The notes below the pieces were generated by a model, which was not told where the DNA came from, ran no database searches, and saw only the letters and a program-made list of their open reading frames with translations. Made by a program: the position numbers and the translations under genes. Below are positions 24,368 through 36,772 of a DNA stretch of 64,000 bases, one piece after another. Position 1 is the stretch's first letter. Each line of letters starts with the position of its first letter. The DNA comes from Octopus sinensis. Lineage: Eukaryota. The stretch lies in contig NC_042998.1 of NCBI RefSeq assembly GCF_006345805.1, positions 69,378,001-69,442,000 of the forward strand, in the 5' to 3' direction.

Positions 24368-25279
24368 AAACTGAAAGAAGCCCATCATATGTACATGTAT
24401 TTACGTGTGTATGATTTTTTTGGGGTGGGGGGTCTATGTTTGTTCCCCACCACTGCTTGACAACCAGTGTTGGTTTGTTTACATCTTTGTAACTTAGCAG
24501 TCCAGCAAAAGTGTCGATAGAATAAGTACTAATTCTTTGTAAGCCTAGTCCTTATTCTATCGGTCTCTTTTGCTGAACTGCTAAGTTACGGGGACGTAAA
24601 CACACCAGCATCGGTTGTCAAGCGATGTTGGGGGGGGGACAAACACAGGCAAACAAACATATACACACACACATACAGATAGACAGATAGAGAGAGAGAG
24701 AGAGAGAGAGAAAGATAGTAAGCATTTCATTTTCATTTCAGCATTTCAAGAAGACCATGTTATGTTTTATATATTCCCAATTCCTTCAAAAATATGCCAT
24801 AATTCTCCGTATTTACCCTCAGTTTAATTAATCTTAGTAATTACTTATGTAATACGATATTTTATTTGTGGAAGCCTCTTCCGTTTTGAACTGTGGGGAG
24901 GTGAGGGGAGATCAAGGATGTTGAATATGTATACATCCAACAACTTTTATCTTTAAAGCAAATAGAAAGAAGTAAAAAAACAAAAAACAAAAAAAAAGCA
25001 GAATTAGGTGAAAAACGAAACTGTTCGGTAAAGTGCGAAAGTGTAGACTTGTGTTTATTGAAGGGATGTTTATTTATTTGACTACAGGCAACAGCTTATC
25101 CTCGGTTGTTTTAGCGAGTGATGTGGTCTTGTTGATCTGTCGTTGCTGTATTTGGAAGACACAGAAATATCGGAAGAGGAGGGGGAGGAGGAGGAGAAGA
25201 GAGAGAGAGGGTGAATGTGATTCATGCATCTTGTGTTAAAATTAGCTTCAGATAAATTTTGACTGAGAGGTTATGTGTG

Positions 25280-25349
<70 letters not shown>

Positions 25350-25769
25350 ACTGATAGATTAAACAGGAGAGAGACTGTATATGTTTGAACAGGTGTGTTT
25401 ATAAATGTATGTACTCTGCACATGTGTATATGTATGCTGTTCTCAAGAAGAACCTACCTTAGCAAAACTGAGTTTTTGTAGAGTTGTGTGTGTATATGTA
25501 ATCATCATCATCATCATCATTTTTTATCATCCGTTTTCCATGCAGGCAGGGTTTGGATGGTTTGAAAGGAGCTGGCAAGCCAGAAGGCTACACCAGGTCC
25601 CATTGTCTGTTTTGGCAAGGTTTCTACAGATGGATGCCATTCCTAACTTCAACCACTTTACAAAGTGGACTGGGTGCTTTTTCCATGGCACCAGCACCAG
25701 TGAGGTTGCCAACTACCTGCAAGATATGACCCCTAAACTGAGTGGAGATAGAGAATGGAGAAAGAAACT

Positions 25770-27200
25770 ATAATGGAGGGAGAGGATCAGGTGTCTTGCT
25801 GAAGAGGTGAATACATGGCTTGCTCACCTGGAATGAGAGAGAGAGAGAGAGAAAGAGGAAGAAATGTGAGACCAAGGGACAACATGAATATGAGATAGAG
25901 TAGGATGTGCACTGAGTGAAAATAGTGTGACAGATGATTAGAGATAGGGAATGAGTTGTTGGCATTATATTTGAAGTTCTGATGAAGCTACAGGATGATA
26001 CTTGAGCATTCAACTATGGGTGTATTGCATCTTGTAGCAGAAACAGCTGTAAGCTAATGAAGTTCATGGCTTACTTTTTTATTCCCCTGTCATTCTAATC
26101 TCTCTCACACATACACACATGCATGTATGTGTGTGTGTGTTCATGTGTGAAAGAGAGGTGGGGGGAGCTGCACCGACACTGGCAGGTATATTAGTGAGCA
26201 ACTTTCAAGAGATGAAAATAAAAGTTGACCTCAGCAGGGTTTGAACCCAGAATACAGAATTTGTACAAATATTGAAATGCATTTTATTCAATACAATAAC
26301 AACTCTGGCAATGAGAGAGAGATAGAGGGAGAAGGAGAGAGACAGAGAGAGTGAGGAATATATAGATAAGTGTGAGAGAGATTGGAAGAGGATAAAACGA
26401 AAACAGTGAGAGGTGAGAAAGAGAGGGAAAGTGCATGGATATTAGAGGTGAGGAGAGGAGAATAAATGAGAGAGAGAGAGTGAGAGAGTAGGCTTGTAAA
26501 GATGGTAGAGGGAGGAAGGAATGGAAAAGAGAATGGAACTGAGAGAGGGGGTTTAGGTATGTATGTGTGTGGGAGAGAGAATGAGAGACTGAAAGGGAAG
26601 CAAGGAAAAGTGAGAAAGAGATGGAGTGTGGATGAAAGCAGAGATGGGAATTGGAAAATGACTGAGAGAAAAGGGGGGAGACAGAGAGAGAAAGAGAGAG
26701 GGTGTAGCCTTGAACAGATGGCTGATAGAGAGAGAAGGGAAGAGAAAGGGAGTAGATAATGGGAAAACGATGGAAATGTGAGGGAGAGAGAGGAAGAACG
26801 CATATGTGTGTAATGAAGGGTTAGAACTAACTGGAGACAAGGGAAAGAATGAAGGTGTATTGGAAGCAAGGGGAGATAAAGAGAAAGAAGACATTAGCAG
26901 AGAGAGGAGGAGGAAATATAGTGAAAGAAAGAATAAGATAGGGAGGGGGGAGTAGTGAGAGCTGAGAGAGGGGAGGGTGGATAAGAGAGAGGAGTAAATA
27001 AAAAAACAACAACGTGGGTTGATAAGCAGAGAAAGAGTTGTGTGTTGGGGAAAGATAAACGAAGAGAAGTTGGGAAAAAACTGGCAGAAGTTGGTATCTT
27101 TGCAAAAAGAGTGTCTGACGTCATATTCTGTACTCCAGGCACTGACTGTGTTGTGGTAAGATGGATGTATGTGTATGAATGGATAGATGGATGTGTGTAT
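25770..27200 (+). repeat. Purine-rich (GA/GGA/GAAA) low-complexity tract
   Basis: Strong A+G strand bias; accounts for the long Leu/Ser/Phe-rich minus ORFs. Confidence 0.85.
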
Positions 27201-27717
27201 GCATACATACACATGCACACACAAACACAAACATACACGTTTTTTTTTTTTGTCTTTACTTGTTTCAGTCATTTGACTGTGGCTATGCTGGAGCACTGCC
27301 CTTTGGGTTGAACAAATTGACCCCCAGGACTTATTCGTTGTAAGCCTAATGCTTATTCTTTTGGTCTCTTAAGTTACAGGGACATAAACACCCCAACATC
27401 GGTGGTCAAGCGATGGTGTAGGGGACAAACACAGACACACAAATACATACATACATATATATATATACCAGAGTAAGCACATAAATGTGAAACAAGGTGG
27501 AAAAAAGAGTACTCAGATACCAGAGGTAGAGTGATATGCTTTATTTAAAAGCAGCAGAAATATAATGGGAACATGAAACTCTGAGTAACAGCTTTTGTTA
27601 TATTTCTGCTGCTTTTAAATTAAGTATATATATATATATCTATATATATATATATATAGATATATATATATTGTGTAAAAAACAAATCCGAAAGGAGAAG
27701 CACACTAACATGTAGAG

Positions 27718-28022
27718 CAGTATATCTTAAAAATGGGGAAGGCCTATTTATGGGATTACCTTAGGTTTCCTGTCCATAGTATCTTGTCAGATCCCTAAAC
27801 CTGTTGGCCCAAGACCTCCTCTATATTTTAAAGAGGTCTTGGGCCAACAGGTTTTGGGATCTGACAATATGCCATAAAGCTAAACGCTTTATGGACAGGA
27901 AACCTAAGGTAATCCCATAAATAGGCCACCTCCTGGTTTCCCAGAACCCGGTCGAACTGTCCAACCCATGCTAGCATGGAAAACTGATGTTAAAAGATGA
28001 TGATGATCAGGATGATGATGAT

Positions 28023-28058
<36 letters not shown>

Positions 28059-28170
28059 AGGTCTTGGGCCAACAGCTTTTGGCATCTGACAATATACCAT
28101 AAAGCTAAACCCTTTATGGATGGGAAATCTAAGGTAATCCCATAAACCAGCCTTCCCCATTTTTAATATA
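27718..28170. mobile_element. Fold-back MITE (TIR TTAAAAATGGGGAAGGC...) with a duplicated right arm around an inserted family A tail
   Basis: Palindrome centred at ~27825; right arm occurs at 27833-27927 and again at 28056-28170; same family at 45998-46228. Confidence 0.75.
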
Positions 28171-28640
28171 TATATGTGTGTGTGTGTGTGTGTATACACA
28201 ATGGGTTTCTTTCAGTTTCCATCTATTTAATTCACTCACAGGGCTTTGGTCAGACTGAGGCTATAGTAGAAGACATTTGCCCAAGGTGCCATGCAATGGG
28301 AGTGAACCCAAAACCATATGGTTGGGAAGCAGGCCTCTTACCACACAGCCACACTTGCACATACAGAAAAGATTTAAAAAACAAAAAAAAACATTGATCT
28401 TTCAGTGTGTGTGTAAACTTTTATCCTTCAAATTTGAAGACGGCCTTGAAGACTCATATTGTCCCAGATATCGTGCTAATCTGTGTTGTTATATTCTGGA
28501 GCTACCTTCTTCCTCGTAGAATCAAGTTTATCACACCAGACTCATACTGTGGTTTATTCCATCTATGATCCGTAGTTTTTGTCTCAAGGACTCATATACA
28601 ACCTTCTCAATGAAATCTTGTGCCCAGCTAAAACAAACTT

Positions 28641-29489
28641 AAACATGAATGGCTTCATGATAAGCCTATACAACCAGGTGGTAGCTACAAGCATCTTGCA
28701 CAAAATTAGAATGTTGTGTTTGATGGAACTATTAATAAGAAGATAAGAAAGAAGTAAATGAAAGCTTTGAGGAAGTAAAGGAAATATGATTGCAAGAACT
28801 GTTGGTCTACAACAAGCATATCATTCATCCCAACTCCTTTGCATCCTAAAATGACCTTCACATTTAATCTTTTGAATTGGTCACTACAACAACTGAGATA
28901 GTTGTAACAAAATGGAAATTTCTTTGTTTTAGTAGAAGTTTCAACATCCTCAGTGATGTGGACATGTTATATTTCCTATGCAAGGTGGCGGGGGGGGGGG
29001 GCTATGGTTTTAAATCTGTAAGAAATATCTTGTTCCATCTGTAGTAATCACTTGATGGTAAAGTAAGCAGTAGGAGCAGCATAAAATTGGAGTGTTTCAT
29101 TGACTTCCCAGTAGATATATGAACCCACTTCATTCATGTAACATTGAAGAAACATGAAAACACACTCCACCCACTTGATGCTAATGAAGAACACAAGAGA
29201 AAGAAGGTATCTAAGGACCATTTGAGACTGTAAAATTGAAACTTCTACTAAAACATGAATGACTTCATGATAAGTCTATACAACCAGGTGGTAACTACAA
29301 GCATCTTGGACAAAATGAGAATGTCATGTTTGATAAGAACAGGATAAGAAACAAGTAAGTGAAGGAAATATGATCGCAAGAACTATTGGTCTACAACTAG
29401 CATATCATTCATCACAACTCCTTTGCATCCTAAAATGACCTTCACATTTAATCTTTTGAATTGGTCACTACGACTGAGATAGATGTAAC
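28641..29489 (+). mobile_element. Decayed RLE-type (R4/Dong-like) non-LTR element, RT domain 7/thumb region, present as two direct copies (28641-28908 and 29251-29489)
   Basis: Direct repeat seen. Frameshifted translations GGSYKHL..N..NVVFDGTINK, NKHIIH..NSFA, TFNLLNW, SDVDMLY resemble YKYLG / NK..A.N.FA / FG...W / SDVDRLY. Confidence 0.55.
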
Positions 29490-29711
29490 CATGTCTATGG
29501 AATATTGAGTAAAAAGATCCAGCTGCTTTTGGATTGGTTAAAACTTGTTCAATACAGCTTCATGCCATCTGCAAACAAAAGGTGAGCCATGCCTCTGGAT
29601 TTAGAGTATCTTGTTTCTGTAAATAACATTATTTGCAAGCAGATATGATAACAGATTTAATGAAAGGACAAAGAGCAGTTCTAACAAGATACCACTCTGT
29701 AGGACGCCTTC
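29490..29711 (-). pseudogene. Decayed non-LTR RT domains 4-6, inverted relative to the adjacent thumb region
   Basis: GVLQSGILLELLFVLSLNLLSYLL then AHLLFADGMKLY, resembling GIFQGDSLSPLLF..LNPLS / HLLF.DD.KLY. Confidence 0.55.
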
Positions 29712-29997
29712 TGATAACCTATGATGTCAGATTTAAATAGTTTGTTTATCACACTCAGTTGGTGCACATAGTCATGGTGAGGTGTTGAATAATAAACTGC
29801 ATGGAGTTGTGCAACTTTGGTTACTTGTAATGCTTTGATAATCCACCCATGTGGTCTGGCTACACTACAGCCAAATTCCTGTGATTTCTTTCAGTAAAAG
29901 TATTGACTGGGGTCTGCTCTAGACATCCCAACACTTACTTCTTTCTCCTAACTTGCTCAGACATTATTTTAATATTGGTGATACAACAATCCATTGA

Positions 29998-30358
29998 GAA
30001 CAGATTAACCCTTTTGGTACCAACCTGGCTAAAACTGCCTCTGGCTCTGCAGTACAAATATCTTGTTTTCATAATTTCTGAATTAAAATCTTCCACCAAA
30101 CCTTAATCACAATTTATGTTCCTAACACTAGCTGAATGATAACTATGTTATTTTACTAAATTCTTTGTTATATTTGAAATTAATTTAGTAAAGAATTTAG
30201 TAAAATAACATAGTTATCATTCAGCTAGTGTTAGGAACATAAATTGTGATTAAGGTTTGGTGGAAGATTTTAATTCAGAAATTATGAAAACAAGATATTT
30301 GTACTGCAGAGCCAGAGGCAGTTTTAGCCAGGTTGGTACCAAAAGGGTTAATCTGTTC
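29998..30358. repeat. Perfect palindrome (169-bp arms, 23-nt spacer) of the left part of a piggyBac-type MITE plus host flank
   Basis: 29998-30166 is the exact reverse complement of 30190-30358. Confidence 0.95.
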
Positions 30359-30418
30359 ATCTTAATAGAGATATAGTAATGAAAGAGTTAAAATATATAA
30401 TAGAGAAACAATTCTTAA

Positions 30419-30643
30419 CCCTTTCATTACCAACCCGGTTGAAACTACCTCAGGCTCTGTAGTACAAACATCTAGTTTTCATAAGTTTTGAATTAAAATC
30501 TTCCTCCAAACCTTAGTCACAATTTATGTTCCTAACACTAGCTAAATGATAATAACTAAGTTATTTTACTAAATTCTTTGTTATATTTGAAATTAACTGA
30601 AAGAAACACAAAGCATCTCACCAGAAATATGGTAACAAAAGGG
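30419..30643. mobile_element. piggyBac-type MITE, normal non-palindromic copy
   Basis: Ends CCCTTTCATTACC / GGTAACAAAAGGG; TTAA on the left, CTAA on the right. Confidence 0.75.
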
Positions 30644-30966
30644 CTAAGGGGCCTAGAGTATATTTTCTACATGAAGATTGGACAGGTTACAAAGCAATAA
30701 TGTTTCCCCTCGGTGGTCATGCAATTTTATTTCTCTAATTTTATAAACCTAGCATTTTGTGGCCTCTATAAAGAAATATTTGATGAGTTGCAAAGTTCTG
30801 CAACTTTAGATGATTTGGATTTATACAACCACTAATTTTTTAAACACTTCAAAGACTGTGTGTGTGTGTGTTTAAACAAATGAACACACATACACAAGGA
30901 ATTTTGGGTATATAGCCAAGTGGAGCAGACTTTATTGAGCACTACCATCTGTCAGTCATTTTGATT

Positions 30967-31015
<49 letters not shown>

Positions 31016-31431
31016 CTAAGCCCACCCATAAAATACCCACTACTTAATAAGGAGGACTACCCCACTTGGCAATATTCCCATTCCATTTCCAATGTACAAC
31101 ATCTTACTGAAATATTTATTATTTCTTCCTATAAACACTGTTGCACCCTTATCTAAACAAAACTAGATTTTATTTTCTATTACATTATTTTAGAATTATT
31201 CCATAATTTATTTAAAATAAACTGTCACATGCACACATGCATGCTCATATGTGTCCTAACTACACATAACATGCACACAAATATATTATTCTTGATAGAG
31301 TCTCTGACCCACATACCCTTACAACACTGTCTGCACCATATTTAATCAAGCAAGAAAAGAAGAAAATAGTAATTATTCTCTTCTTCCCACCTCTCTCTCT
31401 CTTTATCTATTTTACTGAATTTTTTTATCTT

Positions 31432-31470
<39 letters not shown>

Positions 31471-31929
31471 CACTCTCAATCTCCCCTTGTCTCTCTTCCT
31501 CTATATCTCTCACTCACATGTATATATGTGAATGTAACTAGGGCATTTTCTTCAAATAGCTAACGACTAATTAATGCTTTCATAGACTTTAAAGCCACAT
31601 TTGGTAGTGAACACACACATACACACACACAATATGTGTATGAGTGTTCAGTTAGGGCAGTCAAAGTCAAAGATTACCTATTCAGTTATTTTTCAGTATA
31701 CATATCTGGTAGACAAGGCTACATCTTCTCATTTTCCTATTTATTTTAATGCGTGGCTTTTTTACCTGGAGGGCACAACCTGATATCTCCATCCGCTCCC
31801 TTTCTTTTTGGGAGACCCATGTATCTCTTCTACAGCCAGACACCTGTTCCAGTTCCTCTTTCCTCCTTTATTCTCTCTATACCTGGCACAAGGCCACCTC
31901 CTTCGATACTGCATTCCCATTCTTTTGAG

Positions 31930-32260
31930 GGTTAAATGTAGTGGCCAGGTATTATTTGATGTAGTTATGGGATCTTGTAATGGTGCTGATATTTCCAAAT
32001 CAATAAGATCAAACATTTTAGATTCACTTCAGAAGAGATTCTGCTCTGCATAATTCAGTTTTTAACCATGACGTCAGTCTATCCATTCAATGAATTTATT
32101 TTACAAAGATTTAATTGTTATACAATAGATACTGTTAATAAGGGGTTTAATGAGATTTTCAAAGAATTAGGCTTAAAGATTACAGCTGATACGAATCTTG
32201 ATAAATATACTTCCCATGCGTCTAACAAGAAATTTCAATACTTTAATATGAATTCCAAGT
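31930..32260 (+). pseudogene. Decayed PLE reverse-transcriptase fragment
   Basis: LFDVVMGSCNGADI and IFKELGLKITADTNL resemble the FDVTMGSYDGAE.C and IFK..GLKIT..TNL motifs recalled for PLEs with the CxCx5C-GIY-YIG C-terminus; several stops. Confidence 0.65.
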
Positions 32261-32834
32261 AGCTCCAATAATTATGAAAAGAAAACAAAAATATTCTTAT
32301 CTACTCCAGGCACAAGACCTGAAATTTGGGAGGAGGGGACCAGTTGATTAGATTAATCCCAGTACGCAACTGGTACTTAATTTATCCACCCCAAAAGAAT
32401 GAAAGGCAAAGTCGACCTCGGTAGATTTTGAACTCAGAACGTAAAGACAGACGAAATACTGCTAAGCATTTCCCCCGTCATGCTAACATTTCTGCCTGGT
32501 CACTGCCTAGAAAACAAAAATATTAACATCAGTAAACACTTATCTAGTTTATTAAGGGAGCTTCTACATAATTGATCAGTATGCTAGAAACAGCAGCCAA
32601 ATTTCCAATGTACTACCATATAAAGTAAAGACAGAAACAAGGTCAGTTATTTAAATCAATACCAGTATGTAACTTGTGTTTATTTCATCAATAAACAGCA
32701 GTGTTGACCTTGGTTAGATTTGAACTCAGAACTGTAGTACTAGATACTGCAAAGTAATTTTTGTGATGTTGTAAATGGTTCTACCACTTCACTACCCCAC
32801 TGCTTCTATTTCTGAATTGCTCACTTTCAACTCA

Positions 32835-33165
32835 TATATACAGGGGAGGTAAATGAGATTGCAGGGGAGTGGGGAATTGCATATAGAAAAGAGGCAAATA
32901 AGCTTATATGGACACTCAAATATGTAAGAGAGAAAATTAGATGTGCAGGGGAGGTAAATGCGGTTAAGTGACACTCAGATTATAAAGGAGAGGTTAATGA
33001 GATTGGGCAACACAATCTAATAGGGAGATAAACGAGGTAGTGTGGTGGGGAGGAACTTAAGTTTATAGGAGAAGTAAATGGGACACTCAAATATATATAT
33101 ATAGGGGAGATAAATGCGATTGCATAAGGCATTCATATGCATAAGGGAGGTAAGTGGGATTGTGT
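32835..33165 (+). repeat. Cryptic minisatellite with core AGGGGAGGTAAATG
   Basis: Roughly eight degenerate occurrences of the core, several followed by GACACTCA. Confidence 0.65.
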
Positions 33166-33597
33166 GGTGTTCATGCTTTTCTTATAGTCAAGTTAGCGTT
33201 TTAGATTTCCAGTGCCATAGTTAAATAACTTGTGGTATTTAGCTACAGCACAGGGACATCTGATCTGGTTTATTCTGACTCAATTTCAAGGTCTTATAAT
33301 TTTCAGGAGAATGTTTTTTGTAATATTCTTTTTCCAAGCCCATTAATGTTATAGTGAGTGGAATTCCACAACAAAACAAGCAAAAAGCAGGAGAGAAATC
33401 CTCAGAAAGAAGGATGTCCATCAAACAAGTGTTTTGGCTTGTTAGTTCCTGACACTCTAAGGGAGCCAGGCCTACCTAGGTAATGACTCCTAAGTGTCCT
33501 TCTGCTGTTATTTAAGTGCCACCTTCAGTGGGGATTGAACTTGGAAACTTTGAATGAACTAATTGCTCATCAACTAAGACCACTACATGAGCTATAA

Positions 33598-34029
33598 GTA
33601 AACACGTTTCAGCTGATATACCCTCCAACCTTCATCAGGTGTCTTGGTGAAATTTTGAGCCTGGGTTCTCATTTCCTAAGGTAATTTTCAATGTTGTTGT
33701 TGTTGTTGTTGTTGTTATCATTATTATTATTATTATTCACACTATGCCATATGCCCGTGGGCATATGGCATAGTGGTTAAGAGAATGGGCTACTAACCCC
33801 AAGATTCCAAGTTTGATTCCAGGCAGTGACCTGAGTAATAATAATGATGATGATGATAACATCAAAAATACCTTAGGAATGAGAACCCAGGTTCCAAATT
33901 TCCCCCAAGACACCTGATGAAGGCTAGATGGCATATCAGCCGAAACGTGTTAACAACAAACAAGATGAGGACAAATATCCGTCAAATGTAAATAATGTAC
34001 ATAATTCCTCATCTCTTAAATATAGAACT
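33598..34029 (+). mobile_element. tRNA-headed, hammerhead-bearing non-autonomous retroelement with a 5' inverted arm (copy 1)
   Basis: A-box TGGCATAGTGG 33766-33776, B-box 33809-33820, (TAA/TGA)n linker, HHR core CTGATGA 33914-33920; inverted copy 33598-33756 folds back at the 5' end. Confidence 0.8.
33909..33952 (+). ncRNA. Minimal type I hammerhead-like motif (this copy is 3 nt shorter after GAAA than the 49.5-kb copies)
   Basis: GACAC-CTGATGA-A-GGCT..AGCC-GAAA-CGTGTT; inverted copies at 33601-33647 and 49561-49613, and a second sense copy at 49762-49802. Confidence 0.65.
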
Positions 34030-34034
34030 ATATA

Positions 34035-34340
34035 TCACGTGATCATGTGACCGACCAGACCATCAGATGTTGCTACACATCGCTAGTCACAATGCGTTCG
34101 CATTGTTTTAGCCTTCGAATGACACCACCCTGCTGGCTAAGCGAGCAGGCCAACAGAAGAAAGAGTGAGAGAAAGGGTGGTGAAAGAGTACAGCAGGGAT
34201 CACCACCCCCTGCCTGGAGCCTCATGGAGCTTTTAGGTGTTTTCGCTTAATAAACACTCACAACGCCCGGTTTGGGAATCGAAACCGCGATCCTACCACC
34301 GCGAGTCCGCTGCCCTAACCACTAGGCCATTGCGCCTCCA
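34035..34340 (-). mobile_element. tRNA-derived SINE, family D
   Basis: Reverse complement head TGGAGGCGCAATGGCCTAGTGGTTAGGGCAGCGGACTC...GGTTTCGATTCC; head and body shared with 36390-36772. Confidence 0.8.
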
Positions 34341-34341
34341 G

Positions 34342-34376
<35 letters not shown>

Positions 34377-34429
34377 AAACCATCTAACCCATGCCAGCAT
34401 GGAAAACAGATTCTAAATGATGATGATGT

Positions 34430-34830
34430 GTATATGTGTGTGGCTGTGTGGTAAAAAGCTTTCTTCACAAACACATGGTTCCAAGTTCAGTCCCACTATG
34501 TGGCACCTTGGGCAAGTGTCTTCAACTATAGCCTCAGGCCAACCAAAGCCTTGTGAGTGGATTTGGTGGACAGAAACTGAAAGAAGTCCATCGTGTATAT
34601 GCATGTGTGTGTGTGGATGTGTCTGTATTTATCCCTCCCCACCATCACTTGACAACCAGTGTTAGTTTGTTTACATCCCTGTAACTTAGCGGTTTGGCAA
34701 GAGATTTTGATAGAATAAGTACCAAGCTTTAAAAGAATGTACTGGGGTCGATTCATTTGACTAAAAATTCTTCAAGGCAGTACCCCAGCATGGCCACAAT
34801 CTAGTGGCTGAAACAAATAAAAGCTAAAAG
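34430..34830 (+). mobile_element. Family B SINE
   Basis: Head, CORE-like segment and CCAGCATGGCC...GCTGAAAC tail. Confidence 0.75.
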
Positions 34831-36353
34831 TTATATATAGAACATACATACATACTTATATGCTTATATATATGTGTGTATATGGGGGGAGAGAGAGAGA
34901 GAGAAAAAAAAAGAGAGTGAGAGATGGTGAGGGAATGCTGAAGTTGTATCTGCAGAAGACAACATAACTATAGAAATATTTTAAGTTCCAAAAATGCCAA
35001 CATTCTAGAAATGTTTTGTTCTTGTTGTTTGAGGGTATATATATTAACACAACTATATTTAGACATTTAGTCTTATATATACATACATATATACATACAT
35101 AAATACATGGCTGATGCTAGTTTCACGTAACTGGCACCCATGCCGGTGGCATGTAAAAAGTACCTTTTGAGCATTGGGCCTCAAGGGTTGGGTCTCATGG
35201 AGGCAATGACCGAGACCTTTGACATAATGCCCATGCATGAGAAGACTCATCAAGCCAAGTAAAACCACAGTCGTAGCAGATGCCAGTGTCACACAAATGG
35301 CACCTGTGTCAGTGGCACATAAAAGCACCCATTACATTCTCGGAGTGGTTGGCATTAGGAAGGGCATCCAGTCATAGAAAACTATGCCAAATCTGACTGG
35401 AGTCTGGTGCTGCCTTCCAGCTTGCGAGCCCTGGTCAAACCGTCCAACCCATGCCAGCATGGACAATGGATGCTAAATGATGATGATGATGTTGATATAT
35501 AAGTCAATGAACACAAAAAGAAGACAACACAGGTGGGACAAGTCTTAATGTACCTAGGTACATACATATATGCATGTACTACCTGCAGCCTACGGTACCA
35601 TGCTGTCCATTCTTTTCAGCTGTCGAATCCTTTCCTGATTATTCTGGCCATGCCAAGGAGGCAAACTTTTTGTAACAGTTCTACTGGGCACTCTATTCCA
35701 ATTTAATTTATATTCCCCTTGATAGCTTCTGATACTGTTCCCAAGGACCCAACAGTAATTGGCACTATCTCCACCTTCTTAATTTTCCATTGCCAGGCTA
35801 TTTTGTACTTAAGAGAGTTGTGTCTATATCTTTTCGTCTTCTTTCTTGATTATTTGAGGGTCAAAGGGGCATGCATCATCAACTATATAGCATATGTGGT
35901 GCATCTTGTCAACCACCACCACTAGGTCCAGTCTGTTATGCTCTCATACCTGATCTGTTTGGATTGGGAAATCCCAGAGGATTTTGCTATTCTCTAACTC
36001 CACCACTCTCTGTGGTTTGTCCTCATACCACGTCTTGCCTCTCTCTAGCCTCCACTTTTTCACACACTTTCCAATTATTATTATTATTATTAAGGCAAAA
36101 AGCTAGCAGAAAAGGCAGCGATATGGCAAAATCATTAGCACACCAGGTAAAATGCTTAGTGGTAGTTCGTCTACTGCTACTTTCTGTGTTCAAACTCTGC
36201 CGGGGTCGACTTTGCCTTTTATCCTTTCGGGGTCAATTAAATAAGTACCAGTTATGCACTGGAGTTGGTGTAATTGATTTAATCCCTTCTCCTAAATTTG
36301 AGGCCTTGTGCTTCAAGTAGAAAGGATTATTATCATTATTGTTATTATTATTA

Positions 36354-36384
<31 letters not shown>

Positions 36385-36389
36385 CATAG

Positions 36390-36772
36390 TGGAGCACAAT
36401 GGCCCAGTGGTTAGGGCAGTGGACTTGCGGTCATAGGATCATGGTTTCGATTCCAAGACTGGGCATTGTGAGTGTTTATTGAGCAAAAACACTTAAAGCT
36501 CCATGAGGCTCCAGCAGGGGTGGGGGCGAACCCTGCTGTACTCTTTCACCACAGCTTTCTCTCACTCTTTCTTCCTGTTTCTATTGTACCTGTATTTCAA
36601 AAAAAGGGCCAGCCTTGTCACACTCTGTGTCACGCTGAATCTCCCAAAGAACTACATTAAGGGTACATGTGTCTGTGGAGTGCTCAGCCACTTGCATGTT
36701 AATTTAACGAGCAGGCTGTTCCGTTGATTGGATCATCTGGGACCCTCGTCGTTATAACCGATGGAGTGCCAC
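36390..36772 (+). mobile_element. tRNA-derived SINE, family D, inserted in a (TTA)n tail
   Basis: A-box TGGCCCAGTGG, B-box GGTTTCGATTCC; 3' part GGGTACATGTGTCTGTGGAGTGCTCAGCC...CGATGGAGTGCC shared with family E. Confidence 0.8.

Noticed and set aside
26288-27296. Long ORFs of 193 and 247 aa
   Set aside because: Products of the GA/TC low-complexity tract, which lacks stops by composition; no domain features.
33759-33830. tRNA gene calls for SINE heads (also 34270-34340, 36390-36460, 49612-49680)
   Set aside because: A and B boxes are present but acceptor and T stems do not pair, and each head continues into a repeat body.
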